Assembly (NCBI GenBank): GCA_050251875.1
Contig: JBFWMA010000003.1
Span: forward strand, 64,001 to 128,000
Reading direction: 5' to 3'
DNA length: 64,000 bases
Source: Deferribacterales bacterium
GTDB lineage: Bacteria; Chrysiogenota; Deferribacteres; Deferribacterales; Geovibrionaceae
Under the pieces are notes generated by a model. That model was not told where the DNA came from, did not search any database, and was given only the letters and a program-made list of their open reading frames with translations. Positions 1 through 10,190 of the stretch are shown in pieces (position 1 is the first letter of the stretch; the number at the start of each line of letters is the position of its first letter). Made by a program: the position numbers and the translations under genes.

Positions 1-249
1 GGATGAGCCGCAGCCGAAGTTGTCATCGGACACGATGATGGAAGCGCCCACATACTGTTCTTTGTCTATGGGGTGACCGATGGATTTTCCGTTTGCGTCA
101 AAACGCTCGTCATAAAAAAGCTGACCGCCCAGCGCGTCAAAAACCACGCATTTCAGGAATCTGGCGGGGATGATGCGGTCTGTATCTATATCGTCTCCGG
201 GAACGGGGACTGCTCTTCCTACTACTTTAGTTATAGGTCCAAGGCTCAT
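1..249 (-). CDS. leuD: 3-isopropylmalate dehydratase small subunit (runs off window start)
   Basis: Manual translation from ATG at 249: MSLGPITKVVGRAVPVPGDDIDTDRIIPARFL...DNFGCGSS; directly downstream of leuC. Confidence 0.95.
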   Translation of the reverse strand, partial: MSLGPITKVVGRAVPVPGDDIDTDRIIPARFLKCVVFDALGGQLFYDERFDANGKSIGHPIDKEQYVGASIIVSDDNFGCGSS

Positions 250-250
250 A

Positions 251-1645
251 TTAACCTCCTATCTCAAAAACTTTTCTGGCGTCTGTTATCGTGCCTGTCA
301 CAGCGGCGGCTACAGCCATCACGGGGGACACGAGCAGGGTTCTGCCTGTGGATGATCCCTGTCTGCCTTTAAAGTTTCTGTTGGATGTGGACGCGCTGAT
401 CTCTCTGCCCACGAGCTTGTCGGGGTTCATAGCCAGACACATTGAGCATCCGGGCTCTCTCCACTCGAATCCGGCTTCCACAAAGATCTTATCCAGTCCT
501 TCCGCCTCAGCCTGTTTTTTAACACCGTATGAGCCGGGGACAGCGAGGGCTCTCACGCCTGCGGCGACTTTGCGTCCCTTGGCGTATTTAGCCGCTTCAC
601 GGAAATCTTCTATACGTCCGTTGGTACAGCTTCCGATGAAGACAACGTCAACTTTTTTGCCGTCCATCTTCTCTCCGGCGGAAAATCCTGTGTATTCCAG
701 AGCTTCCTGCATAACCTCGTTGCTCACGGCGGGGATAGCCTGTGAAATTCCGATGGCGTGCTCGGGTGTTATGCCCCATGTAACCATGGGCTCTATGTCT
801 TCGCCTTTGAATGTTACGACATCGTCATAAACAGCATCTGCGTCTGACTTCATGCTGTTCCAGTAGGCAACGGCTTTGTCCCATTCTTTGGGAGCATAGG
901 GTTTGCCTTTCAGGTATTCATATGTTTTCTCATCGGGGTTGATGTAGCCCACTCTGGCTCCGCCCTCGATAGCCATGTTGCAGACTGTCATTCTGCCTTC
1001 CATGCTCATGTCTTTTATGACATCGCCGCAGAATTCGTATGCATAGCCCAGACCGCCGTTAACGCCGAGTTTGCTGATTATATAGAGGATAACGTCTTTG
1101 GCGTATACGCCGGGTTTCAGTTTTCCTGTCACTTCCACCTTGCGCACTTTGAAAGGAGCGATGGACATGGTCTGTGTTGCCAGTACGTCACGCACCTGAG
1201 ATGTGCCGATGCCGAAAGCGATAGCGCCGAAAGCGCCGTGTGTGGCAGTGTGGCTGTCTCCGCAGGCTATTGTTGTTCCCGGCTGGGTAACACCCTGCTC
1301 AGGACCGACTATATGCACAACGCCCTGACGCTCTGTCTCGGGGTTGAAAAATGTTATACCGTGCTCTCTGGTGTTCTTTTCTATGGCTGAGTACATCTCC
1401 TCCGCCATAGGATCCGCCAGAGGTCTTTTGCGGTCGGTGCCTTCTGTGGGGATGATGTGATCCACAGTGGCGAAAGTTCTCTCAGGAAACGCTACCTTGA
1501 TATTGTGCTCTTTGAGCATGGCGAACGCCTGAGGGCTGGTGACCTCGTGGATGAGGTGCATGCCGATGAAAAGCTGTGTCTGGCCGTTAGGAAGAACACG
1601 GACAGCGTGAGCGTCCCAGACCTTTTGGAAAAGGCTTTTTCCCAT
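251..1645 (-). CDS. leuC: 3-isopropylmalate dehydratase large subunit
   Basis: [42 protein letters not shown] motifs. Confidence 0.98.
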   Translation of the reverse strand: MGKSLFQKVWDAHAVRVLPNGQTQLFIGMHLIHEVTSPQAFAMLKEHNIKVAFPERTFATVDHIIPTEGTDRKRPLADPMAEEMYSAIEKNTREHGITFFNPETERQGVVHIVGPEQGVTQPGTTIACGDSHTATHGAFGAIAFGIGTSQVRDVLATQTMSIAPFKVRKVEVTGKLKPGVYAKDVILYIISKLGVNGGLGYAYEFCGDVIKDMSMEGRMTVCNMAIEGGARVGYINPDEKTYEYLKGKPYAPKEWDKAVAYWNSMKSDADAVYDDVVTFKGEDIEPMVTWGITPEHAIGISQAIPAVSNEVMQEALEYTGFSAGEKMDGKKVDVVFIGSCTNGRIEDFREAAKYAKGRKVAAGVRALAVPGSYGVKKQAEAEGLDKIFVEAGFEWREPGCSMCLAMNPDKLVGREISASTSNRNFKGRQGSSTGRTLLVSPVMAVAAAVTGTITDARKVFEIGG

Positions 1646-1688
1646 AATACACTCCTTATATATACTGTTAAATACATTACTATTATAC

Positions 1689-1767
1689 TGTCATAGCGAG
1701 GAGCGAAGCGACGTGGCTATCTCAATCGATGAGATTGCCGCACAGCCAAAGGCTGCTCGCAATGACA
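1689..1767. repeat. Palindromic multibranch REP/RPE-like element
   Basis: Outer stem TGTCATAGCGAG / CTCGCAATGACA (1 mismatch) enclosing hairpins GGCTATCTCA..TGAGATTGCC and CAGCC-AAA-GGCTG; GC-rich island in an AT-rich intergenic region. Confidence 0.7.
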
Positions 1768-1780
1768 ATTCAGGGAAATG

Positions 1781-1809
1781 ATTTTCTACAATACAGCCCG
1801 ATATGTCAA
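1781..1809 (-). promoter_or_regulatory. Putative sigma70 promoter for leuCD
   Basis: TTGACA (1809-1804), 17 nt spacer, GAAAAT on the minus strand. Confidence 0.4.
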
Positions 1810-1866
1810 ATGTAAAGTGAAAAGTTTGATTATATTTAAAAAAGTTCAGCGAAACTAGATTAACTT

Positions 1867-2379
1867 TCATTTATTAAAAGCGTTCTCCGCCAGCTTAAGC
1901 AGAAAAGCGGCAATATCCTTAGGCCATTCCTTAATATTCTCAGCGAATTTTTCTCTGTCTCCGGCAAAGAGCGCCCTTACAGCCTCCTCATACCCGATCC
2001 TGTTTCCGCAGATCGCCATCATGGTTCTGTAGCACGCCTCCTGAGAATCCGTCTGCCTGCCCGCCTCTTTCATGGCGGCGTCCACCAGCCCCCGGATTGT
2101 TTCGGAAGCCCCGCCCTCCTGTTTGCTCAGCCAGCGCCACTGCTTCGGCAGAAGAGACACCTCTCTGGACACCACGCCCAGCTTCGGACGCCCCCTCCTC
2201 ACTCTGTGCGCGGCGGGAATTTCACCCAGATCTGTCTGCTCGCCTGTCCTGTCGTTAAAGACCAGCACCTGACCTATGCCGTTTCTGCCCAGAGCCTCCG
2301 TCAGCTCCTCTCTGGTGCCGGAAGCTATTTTCAAACCTCCGAAAAATGCGGTGAATCTGTCTTCGGGTTTCTTACTCAT
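1867..2379 (-). CDS. DUF2239 family protein (probable DNA-binding protein)
   Basis: VLVFNDRTGEQTDL, RGRPKLGVVSREVSLLPKQWRWL, GGAS, YEEAVRALFAGD; ATG at 2379 with GAGG upstream. Confidence 0.85.
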   Translation of the reverse strand: MSKKPEDRFTAFFGGLKIASGTREELTEALGRNGIGQVLVFNDRTGEQTDLGEIPAAHRVRRGRPKLGVVSREVSLLPKQWRWLSKQEGGASETIRGLVDAAMKEAGRQTDSQEACYRTMMAICGNRIGYEEAVRALFAGDREKFAENIKEWPKDIAAFLLKLAENAFNK

Positions 2380-2392
2380 ACCACACCTCTGC

Positions 2393-2446
2393 ATAATATT
2401 ACCCGGGTAATATTATCCTGTCAAGCATTTTTACCCGGGCAAAAAT
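2393..2446 (-). promoter_or_regulatory. sigma70-like promoter overlapped by two palindromic operator-like sites
   Basis: Perfect 24-bp palindrome ATAATATTACCCGGGTAATATTAT (2393-2416); near-perfect ATTTTTACCCGGGCAAAAAT (2427-2446); minus-strand TTGACA (2424-2419), 17 nt, TAATAT (2401-2396). Confidence 0.75.
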
Positions 2447-2529
2447 AGCGTAAAACGCAATATTAACTGCACCGAACCCTAAATTTTCCTCTTGATTTTT
2501 ACCTTTTCGGATTATATATATTAACTCTG

Positions 2530-2556
2530 TTAGCACTCGACACCCATGAGTGCTAA
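2530..2556 (+). promoter_or_regulatory. CIRCE element (HrcA operator)
   Basis: Exact TTAGCACTC-N9-GAGTGCTAA upstream of groES. Confidence 0.98.
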
Positions 2557-2608
2557 TATCCTAAAAAGGACTTTATAAAAAACTAATAGAGGAAAACGGA
2601 GGAAACAA

Positions 2609-2902
2609 ATGGCACAGATCAAACCTCTTCAGGACAGACTCATTGTCAAACGCTTCGAATCTGAAGAAAAAACAGCTTCAGGCATCATCATCCCCGACAG
2701 CGCTAAGGAAAAACCCATGGAAGGCGAAGTTATCGCTGTGGGTCCCGGACGCACATACGACAACGGCAACAAAATGACCATGACCGTTAAAGTCGGCGAC
2801 AAAGTTCTGTTCGCTAAATATGCCGGAACAGAGATCAAATTTGATGGCGAAGAGCTTCTCATCATGAGAGAAGACGACATCCTCGGCATAGTAAGCAAGT
2901 AA
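2609..2902 (+). CDS. groES: Co-chaperonin GroES
   Basis: [33 protein letters not shown]. Confidence 0.99.
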   Translation: MAQIKPLQDRLIVKRFESEEKTASGIIIPDSAKEKPMEGEVIAVGPGRTYDNGNKMTMTVKVGDKVLFAKYAGTEIKFDGEELLIMREDDILGIVSK

Positions 2903-2927
2903 TTTTAAGTAATTTAAGGAGATTTGA

Positions 2928-4574
<1,647 letters not shown>

Positions 4575-4614
4575 TCTGCCCCCGAAACCTGCTCCCTGTT
4601 TAAAAACATCACCT

Positions 4615-4643
4615 AAACCCGCTGTAAAAGGCGGGTTTTTTTT
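4615..4643 (+). terminator. Intrinsic terminator after groEL
   Basis: AAACCCGC-loop-GCGGGTTT followed by a T run. Confidence 0.9.
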
Positions 4644-4755
4644 GTCTATAATTATAAATTTTTTTAATTGATACGAACTTTAATTATTCATTTCAGATTA
4701 ATTTCATGCTATTAAATTTACATTCTTATTACATATTCCGGACATAGGGGATTAC

Positions 4756-6744
4756 ATGCGCATTTTATCTAATCTGAAACTGAAAGAACAGTTCATGGTA
4801 ATAGCCGGACTGTTCCTCGCCTTCGTTGTTTTCGCCTCCATAGCGATGGCAAAGCTGGACTCAGGGTTTATGACAACTCTGAATGATTTTATGAATCATC
4901 CGGTACACGCCAAGATGAAGATACTGGAGGTATCCGCCGACACAAACGCTCTCAGCTCGCTGACCCGTGACATAATGCTGGGCTCTGACATGGAGAAGGA
5001 CATGACCCTCTTCAGAGAGAAGCGGGAAAAGATTAAGGACGCTTTCAAAGAGATCATCGCCGCCGACCCCACAGGCGAGCACAAAGCAATGATTTCCGAC
5101 ACTGAAAACGCCGTAACAGCTTTTCTGGACAAGAGCTATGAGTCTCTCTCTACAGGCTCCGGCATGAGCCAGGAAGAGCGTGCTTCCATGTATCAGACAT
5201 ATCTGTCCGAAACAGCTCCCCTGGCGGAGACAGCCCACGAAAAGCTCAGCGGTCTGGTTCAGGCGGCAGACGCCGCTTACGCATCTTCCGTGGACACAGC
5301 GAAATCAGACATCAGCAAACGCCTGATGTTCCTCTATCTGATAGTTCTCATCGTTACAGTGGTTCTGATGTCGCTTCTTTATCTGATGTACAGAATCATA
5401 TCCGCTCCCATAAAATCTATTCTGGACATCATCCACACACTGGCGCAGGGAAAAGGCGACCTGACCCCCAGAATCAGACAGGACACAGACAAAGAGAGAA
5501 GCATGCTCTCCATGCTCTCTCATCACTTCAATACATATCTGGATTCCGTGAATAAAGACTATGCAGACACCCTCTTCATGGTGGGAGACGCAGGCGAACA
5601 TACCATGCCCGTCACCACAGCCATAGTAAAGGTGCGTGACTCCGTGGAGAACAACGTGGAGATGGCGACACAGGTTGCCGCCGCCGGAGAGGAGATGGGC
5701 GCCACCATCAGCGAGATAGCCAACTCCGCCAACGAATCAGCCGAAATGGCACGATCCACAGTGGAACTGGCGAAAAGAGGCGGAGAAGCCATCAACATAG
5801 CGAAAGAAACATCCGACAATGTAGCCACAATCATAGACAAGCTGGAATCCGAGATAAAAAGCCTTACGGAAAAAGCCTCAGAGATCAGCAATGTTATCTC
5901 TGTTATAAACGACATATCCGAACAGACCAACCTGCTGGCGCTGAACGCCGCCATCGAGGCCGCCAGAGCCGGTGAGGCGGGCAGAGGTTTCGCCGTGGTG
6001 GCTGATGAGGTCAGAAAACTGGCTGAAAAAACTCAGCATTCCACCAAAGAGATAGAGTCCATGGTCGGCTCTATGAACAGCAATATAAATCAGGTATCAA
6101 GAGGCGCACTGGAAGTGGTAGCCGCCCTGTCCACACAGAGCGATGCCACAGAGAACGCATACACCAGCTTTCAGACCATTCTGGGCGCTATAGAGGAGCT
6201 TAATTCTCTGGTGACAGGCATATCAGCGGCGGTGGCTCAGCAGTCCGCCACGACAACCCAGATTATGAGCAACGTAACCAACGTGGCTGAAAACTCTGAA
6301 AACACCAAAAACATAATCATCTCTCTGGTGGACGACACAGACAGACTGCTCTCCAGCATCAAGGGTATTTCCGACAAATACACAAAATATAAGCTGACAA
6401 GCAGAGCCTTCTATTTCGCCTCCGCCAAAGTGGCGCACATCAACCTGATGAAAGGCATATTCGACTGCTATTCCAAAAACCAGTGCCAGGTGAACATACC
6501 CGACCACACCACCTGCGCATTCGGACAGTTTTATTATAACGAAGGGATGCAGATGTTCGGAAACGACTCCGATTATAAAGCGATGGAATCCCCTCACAAG
6601 GCTGTTCACACCACAGCCCACGCCGTTCTGGATCTGATAAAGGCGGGCAGAAGACACGAGGCGGACTTACAGCTTCCGCATCTGGAGTCGCTGGTGAAGG
6701 ATTTTGTCTCCATGCTGGACGACATGATAAGAAAATACAAATAA
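4756..6744 (+). CDS. Methyl-accepting chemotaxis protein with C-terminal CZB (zinc-binding) domain
   Basis: Two TM segments; [36 protein letters not shown]-terminal [19 protein letters not shown]. Confidence 0.95.
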   Translation: MRILSNLKLKEQFMVIAGLFLAFVVFASIAMAKLDSGFMTTLNDFMNHPVHAKMKILEVSADTNALSSLTRDIMLGSDMEKDMTLFREKREKIKDAFKEIIAADPTGEHKAMISDTENAVTAFLDKSYESLSTGSGMSQEERASMYQTYLSETAPLAETAHEKLSGLVQAADAAYASSVDTAKSDISKRLMFLYLIVLIVTVVLMSLLYLMYRIISAPIKSILDIIHTLAQGKGDLTPRIRQDTDKERSMLSMLSHHFNTYLDSVNKDYADTLFMVGDAGEHTMPVTTAIVKVRDSVENNVEMATQVAAAGEEMGATISEIANSANESAEMARSTVELAKRGGEAINIAKETSDNVATIIDKLESEIKSLTEKASEISNVISVINDISEQTNLLALNAAIEAARAGEAGRGFAVVADEVRKLAEKTQHSTKEIESMVGSMNSNINQVSRGALEVVAALSTQSDATENAYTSFQTILGAIEELNSLVTGISAAVAQQSATTTQIMSNVTNVAENSENTKNIIISLVDDTDRLLSSIKGISDKYTKYKLTSRAFYFASAKVAHINLMKGIFDCYSKNQCQVNIPDHTTCAFGQFYYNEGMQMFGNDSDYKAMESPHKAVHTTAHAVLDLIKAGRRHEADLQLPHLESLVKDFVSMLDDMIRKYK

Positions 6745-6753
6745 CTTTCATTA

Positions 6754-6781
6754 AAAGGGGTCTGGCGACCCCTTTCTTTTT
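6754..6781 (+). terminator. Intrinsic terminator
   Basis: AAAGGGGTC-TGGC-GACCCCTTT then T-rich tract. Confidence 0.85.
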
Positions 6782-6827
6782 ATAAAAAATAATTTGCTAT
6801 ATTTCATATCCTGATACAAAATCCTGT

Positions 6828-8330
6828 ATGAAGCTTTTTAATCCGGGCAGACGATTTCTCAGTTTACAGGTAAAGATAAGTATCCTTATCTTTGTGATTA
6901 TGATGTGCTTCTCGCTCACCGCCGCCCACCGGATGAGCGAAAACGTAAAGAAACAGATAGCCGATATCACAGGCAACTATATACAGAGTATACCTTTTCT
7001 CATAGACAGCGCTATTTACAACTTCATGCTGAACGGCGACAGACAGTCTATAAAACGGCTGATGATCCAGCTTCAGAACGACAAAAACATTGTCGGCGTA
7101 CACGTCTTCAACCCCAGGTGGAAGCTGACCGAATCTCTGCCGGAATTCATCCACAAATATGACCCGAAATACATAGACAGCATAGTCCGCAACAGGATAG
7201 ATGACGGGCTCAAAGAGAATATGATAGACGGAAAAAAGGTGCTGTCATATTACACCCCGATAAAGAACAATCAGGAATGTCAGCTCTGTCACCTGCCTTC
7301 CGAGGGCAAGGTTCTGGGCTATCTGAACATTAATATCAACCTGACGCACATGACCCAGATTCTGGAGATGGACGCCGCCAACATCAAAAAGATCATGATA
7401 CTTTTCAACATAGTCCTCTTTATCCTGCTCGCTGCTTTGGTAAACATTCTGGTGGTTCACCCTGTCAGGCGCATAGAGCACGCCATGCAGGAGGTAGCAA
7501 ACAGCAATCTGGACGTGCGGCTCGATGTGAAATCCGAGGACGAGTTCGGCAGAATGTCCCGCCTGTTCAACTACATGGCGTATTCCCTGCGCAAATCTTT
7601 CAAAACCATCAGCTCCATACACAAGAGCATGATGCACAACGACCGTCTGATGACTATCGGAACACTCACCGCCGCCGTCAGCCACGAGATAAAAAACCCG
7701 CTCAATTCCATCATGCTGAACGCCGATATCCTCTCTCTGAAATGCGGCGAACAGAAACAGTATGCCGAGCGCATAGCCGCTGACGCCTCCCGCATAAAAG
7801 ACATTATAGACAATACGCTGAATTTCTCCCGTCTGGATGACGAACGCCACAACAGAGATATAGACATCTATCAGTTCATGGACGATTTGTGCCACTATGC
7901 GGACAGAACCCTGTTCAAATGGACCCAGATACCTTTCAAAACAGACGTGGAACGCAGACTCGGATTCATATACGCCAACCCTGTGCATCTGGAGCAGATC
8001 TTTCTGAATATTCTCAGAAACGCCTCCGAAGCGGTGGAGAACAGCGAAAGCCCGCTGGTTTCCATCTCTGCCTACAGAAACCACGACAAAACCGTAATAA
8101 CCGTAAGCGACAACGGAGCCGGTATCCCATCGCACATGAGAGAGATGATATTCAACGAGTTCTACACAACCAAACAGAACGGAACAGGCATAGGGCTCTA
8201 CATTGTGAAGGAGCTCACCGAGAAATACAGCGGAACCATCACTTTCGAATCCGAAACAGGCAGGGGAACAGTGTTTAAAGTTACGCTTCCCTCGTCTGAT
8301 AAACCGCACAGCGGTATTGATAATACTTAA
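6828..8330 (+). CDS. Membrane sensor histidine kinase (periplasmic CxxCH, HAMP, HisKA, HATPase)
   Basis: CQLCH between two TM helices; SHEIKNPL H-box; NILRNA, DNGAGI, GTGIGL. Confidence 0.93.
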   Translation: MKLFNPGRRFLSLQVKISILIFVIMMCFSLTAAHRMSENVKKQIADITGNYIQSIPFLIDSAIYNFMLNGDRQSIKRLMIQLQNDKNIVGVHVFNPRWKLTESLPEFIHKYDPKYIDSIVRNRIDDGLKENMIDGKKVLSYYTPIKNNQECQLCHLPSEGKVLGYLNININLTHMTQILEMDAANIKKIMILFNIVLFILLAALVNILVVHPVRRIEHAMQEVANSNLDVRLDVKSEDEFGRMSRLFNYMAYSLRKSFKTISSIHKSMMHNDRLMTIGTLTAAVSHEIKNPLNSIMLNADILSLKCGEQKQYAERIAADASRIKDIIDNTLNFSRLDDERHNRDIDIYQFMDDLCHYADRTLFKWTQIPFKTDVERRLGFIYANPVHLEQIFLNILRNASEAVENSESPLVSISAYRNHDKTVITVSDNGAGIPSHMREMIFNEFYTTKQNGTGIGLYIVKELTEKYSGTITFESETGRGTVFKVTLPSSDKPHSGIDNT

Positions 8331-8376
8331 CCAAACTGCTATAACAGAAATAAATAAAAGCAAAACCGGAGATAAT

Positions 8377-8889
8377 ATGGCGGACAAAGGAGTGAAAAAA
8401 CTCTGGGCGCCCTGGCGGATGGCATATATTTCACGTCTGGGCGGAAAAGACGAAGGGTGCATATTCTGCTCGAAACCCAAGTCTGACAAGGACAGAGACA
8501 ATCTCATCCTCTACAGAGGAAAACATGCCTATGTCATCATGAACCTGTATCCGTACAACAACGGCCACAGCATGGTTATTCCATATAAACACACATCCGA
8601 TTTCACCGATCTGAACGATGAAGAGATGCTGGAGATAATGCAGCTGGTGAAAAAGACGATCAACGTTTTCAAAAAAGTGTTCAACCCCGAAGGCTTTAAT
8701 ACCGGATTCAATCTGGGCAGAGCCGCCGGAGCCGGAATCAGCCAGCATATCCACTTTCACATCCTGCCCCGCTGGGTGGGCGATACTAACTTTATGCCTG
8801 TTATCGGAGAGACGAGAGTTATCTCCGAGCATATACACGATACTTATGATAAACTTAAGGCAGCTTTCGACGAGGAGGAATCAGGATGA
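8377..8889 (+). CDS. HIT family protein (FHIT/Ap4A phosphorylase-like)
   Basis: LWAPWRMAYI, CIFC, NLYPYNNGH, HIHFHILPRW; start moved to ATG 8377 after GGAGA. Confidence 0.92.
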   Translation: MADKGVKKLWAPWRMAYISRLGGKDEGCIFCSKPKSDKDRDNLILYRGKHAYVIMNLYPYNNGHSMVIPYKHTSDFTDLNDEEMLEIMQLVKKTINVFKKVFNPEGFNTGFNLGRAAGAGISQHIHFHILPRWVGDTNFMPVIGETRVISEHIHDTYDKLKAAFDEEESG

Positions 8890-9185
8890 GAGCCATTGCA
8901 GGACTTATAAAGATCGCCGTGACACTGGTGATCATCGTTTTTGCCATTTTAAATACCGGACCTGTTGAAATACAGTATTTCTTCGGCGCTCCCATGCTGA
9001 AAATGCCTGTGTTCATAGTTGTTCTCGGCGCTATGCTGCTGGGTGTCATACTCACCACGCTTATGTACTATCTGGACAGGTTCAAGCTGTCGCACACCGT
9101 CAGCGTTCAGAAGAAACAGATCAAAAAGCTCGAGGACGAGCTTGAGCGTCTCCGCAACATTCCCTTTACCGACATGAAAGATTAG
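8886..9185 (+). CDS. lapA: LapA (DUF1049) family membrane protein
   Basis: Two TM helices with FAILN motif, then coiled-coil tail; precedes a LapB-like gene. Confidence 0.75.
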   Translation: MRAIAGLIKIAVTLVIIVFAILNTGPVEIQYFFGAPMLKMPVFIVVLGAMLLGVILTTLMYYLDRFKLSHTVSVQKKQIKKLEDELERLRNIPFTDMKD

Positions 9186-9193
9186 AGGTCTAT

Positions 9194-10183
9194 GTGAAAT
9201 ACAATACAGATTTTTTAAAAGGTCTGTCAGCGCTGACAGAAGGAAACTTTCAGAAAGCGTCTTCCCATCTGAAAAACGCCGCCATGGACAACAAGGAACG
9301 TATCGAGGCGTATTACACAGCCGGGCTTGTGTTCAAAAAGCTGGGACAGTTTGACAAGGCGCTCTATATCATCCAGACAATCCTCAGAAGCGATGATGTG
9401 GACTCATCCACCAAAAGAGTGCTCAACGTGGAGCTGGGGCGCATCTTCTTCGCCGCCGGAAAATATGACAAGGCTCTCAAACAGCTCGAAATGACATCAG
9501 ACACAGACGGTATCCTGCTGAAGGCAAAATGTCTGCGTGAGCTCGGGCGTTTTGACGATGCCGCCAACACCTATAAATCTCTGGCAAAAGAGACCAAAAT
9601 GGATCTGAACAACGAGATCGGCTACTGTTACTACAGATGCCTGAAATCCGGTCTGGCGAATAACAATCCCCAGTGTTTTCAAAACGCCATAAAATACATC
9701 CCCACATCCCGTGTTCTGCGCATGGCGCATATCGACCAGCATCTGCTGGACGGCAGAGGCGACAAGGCTGTGGAGGAGATAGAAACGTTTCTTCAGGATG
9801 ATCTGCCCGCCACACATCAGGACATGATGAAGTTCCAGACCATCTTCTATGACGAAAACAAATTCGAGTGGCTGGTGCGCCACTGTCTTAAGCGCATCAA
9901 CAAGGGATCGTCAAACCCCTTCATCTACACATATGTCATATCCAGATATATAACCACAGGCAGCAAAGACAAGGCGCAGGCGTTCATCGACAGATATATC
10001 GAAAATTTCGGTCCTACCCATGTCATAGCCAGAGCATCGCTCGCTCTGGAGCATAACGCCATGCTGGCGACACTGCTTGAGAGCGCCAGTTTTTATGAAT
10101 GTTCGGCATGCGGCGAACAGGCGAAGGACTATACCGACACCTGTAAGCACTGCCACGCTTTCGAAACCCTGAAACCCATTTAA
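9194..10183 (+). CDS. LapB/YciM-like TPR protein with C-terminal rubredoxin-like motif
   Basis: TPR-like helices; C-terminal YECSACG...CKHCHAFETL; follows lapA. Confidence 0.7.
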   Translation: MKYNTDFLKGLSALTEGNFQKASSHLKNAAMDNKERIEAYYTAGLVFKKLGQFDKALYIIQTILRSDDVDSSTKRVLNVELGRIFFAAGKYDKALKQLEMTSDTDGILLKAKCLRELGRFDDAANTYKSLAKETKMDLNNEIGYCYYRCLKSGLANNNPQCFQNAIKYIPTSRVLRMAHIDQHLLDGRGDKAVEEIETFLQDDLPATHQDMMKFQTIFYDENKFEWLVRHCLKRINKGSSNPFIYTYVISRYITTGSKDKAQAFIDRYIENFGPTHVIARASLALEHNAMLATLLESASFYECSACGEQAKDYTDTCKHCHAFETLKPI

Positions 10184-10190
10184 CGGAAAA

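Noticed and set aside
1646..1866. Leucine attenuator or T-box upstream of leuC
   Set aside because: No Leu-rich leader ORF, T-box motif or U-tailed terminator recognised
7245..8507. 420-aa minus-strand ORF
   Set aside because: Antisense shadow of the histidine kinase and HIT genes; no recognisable motifs
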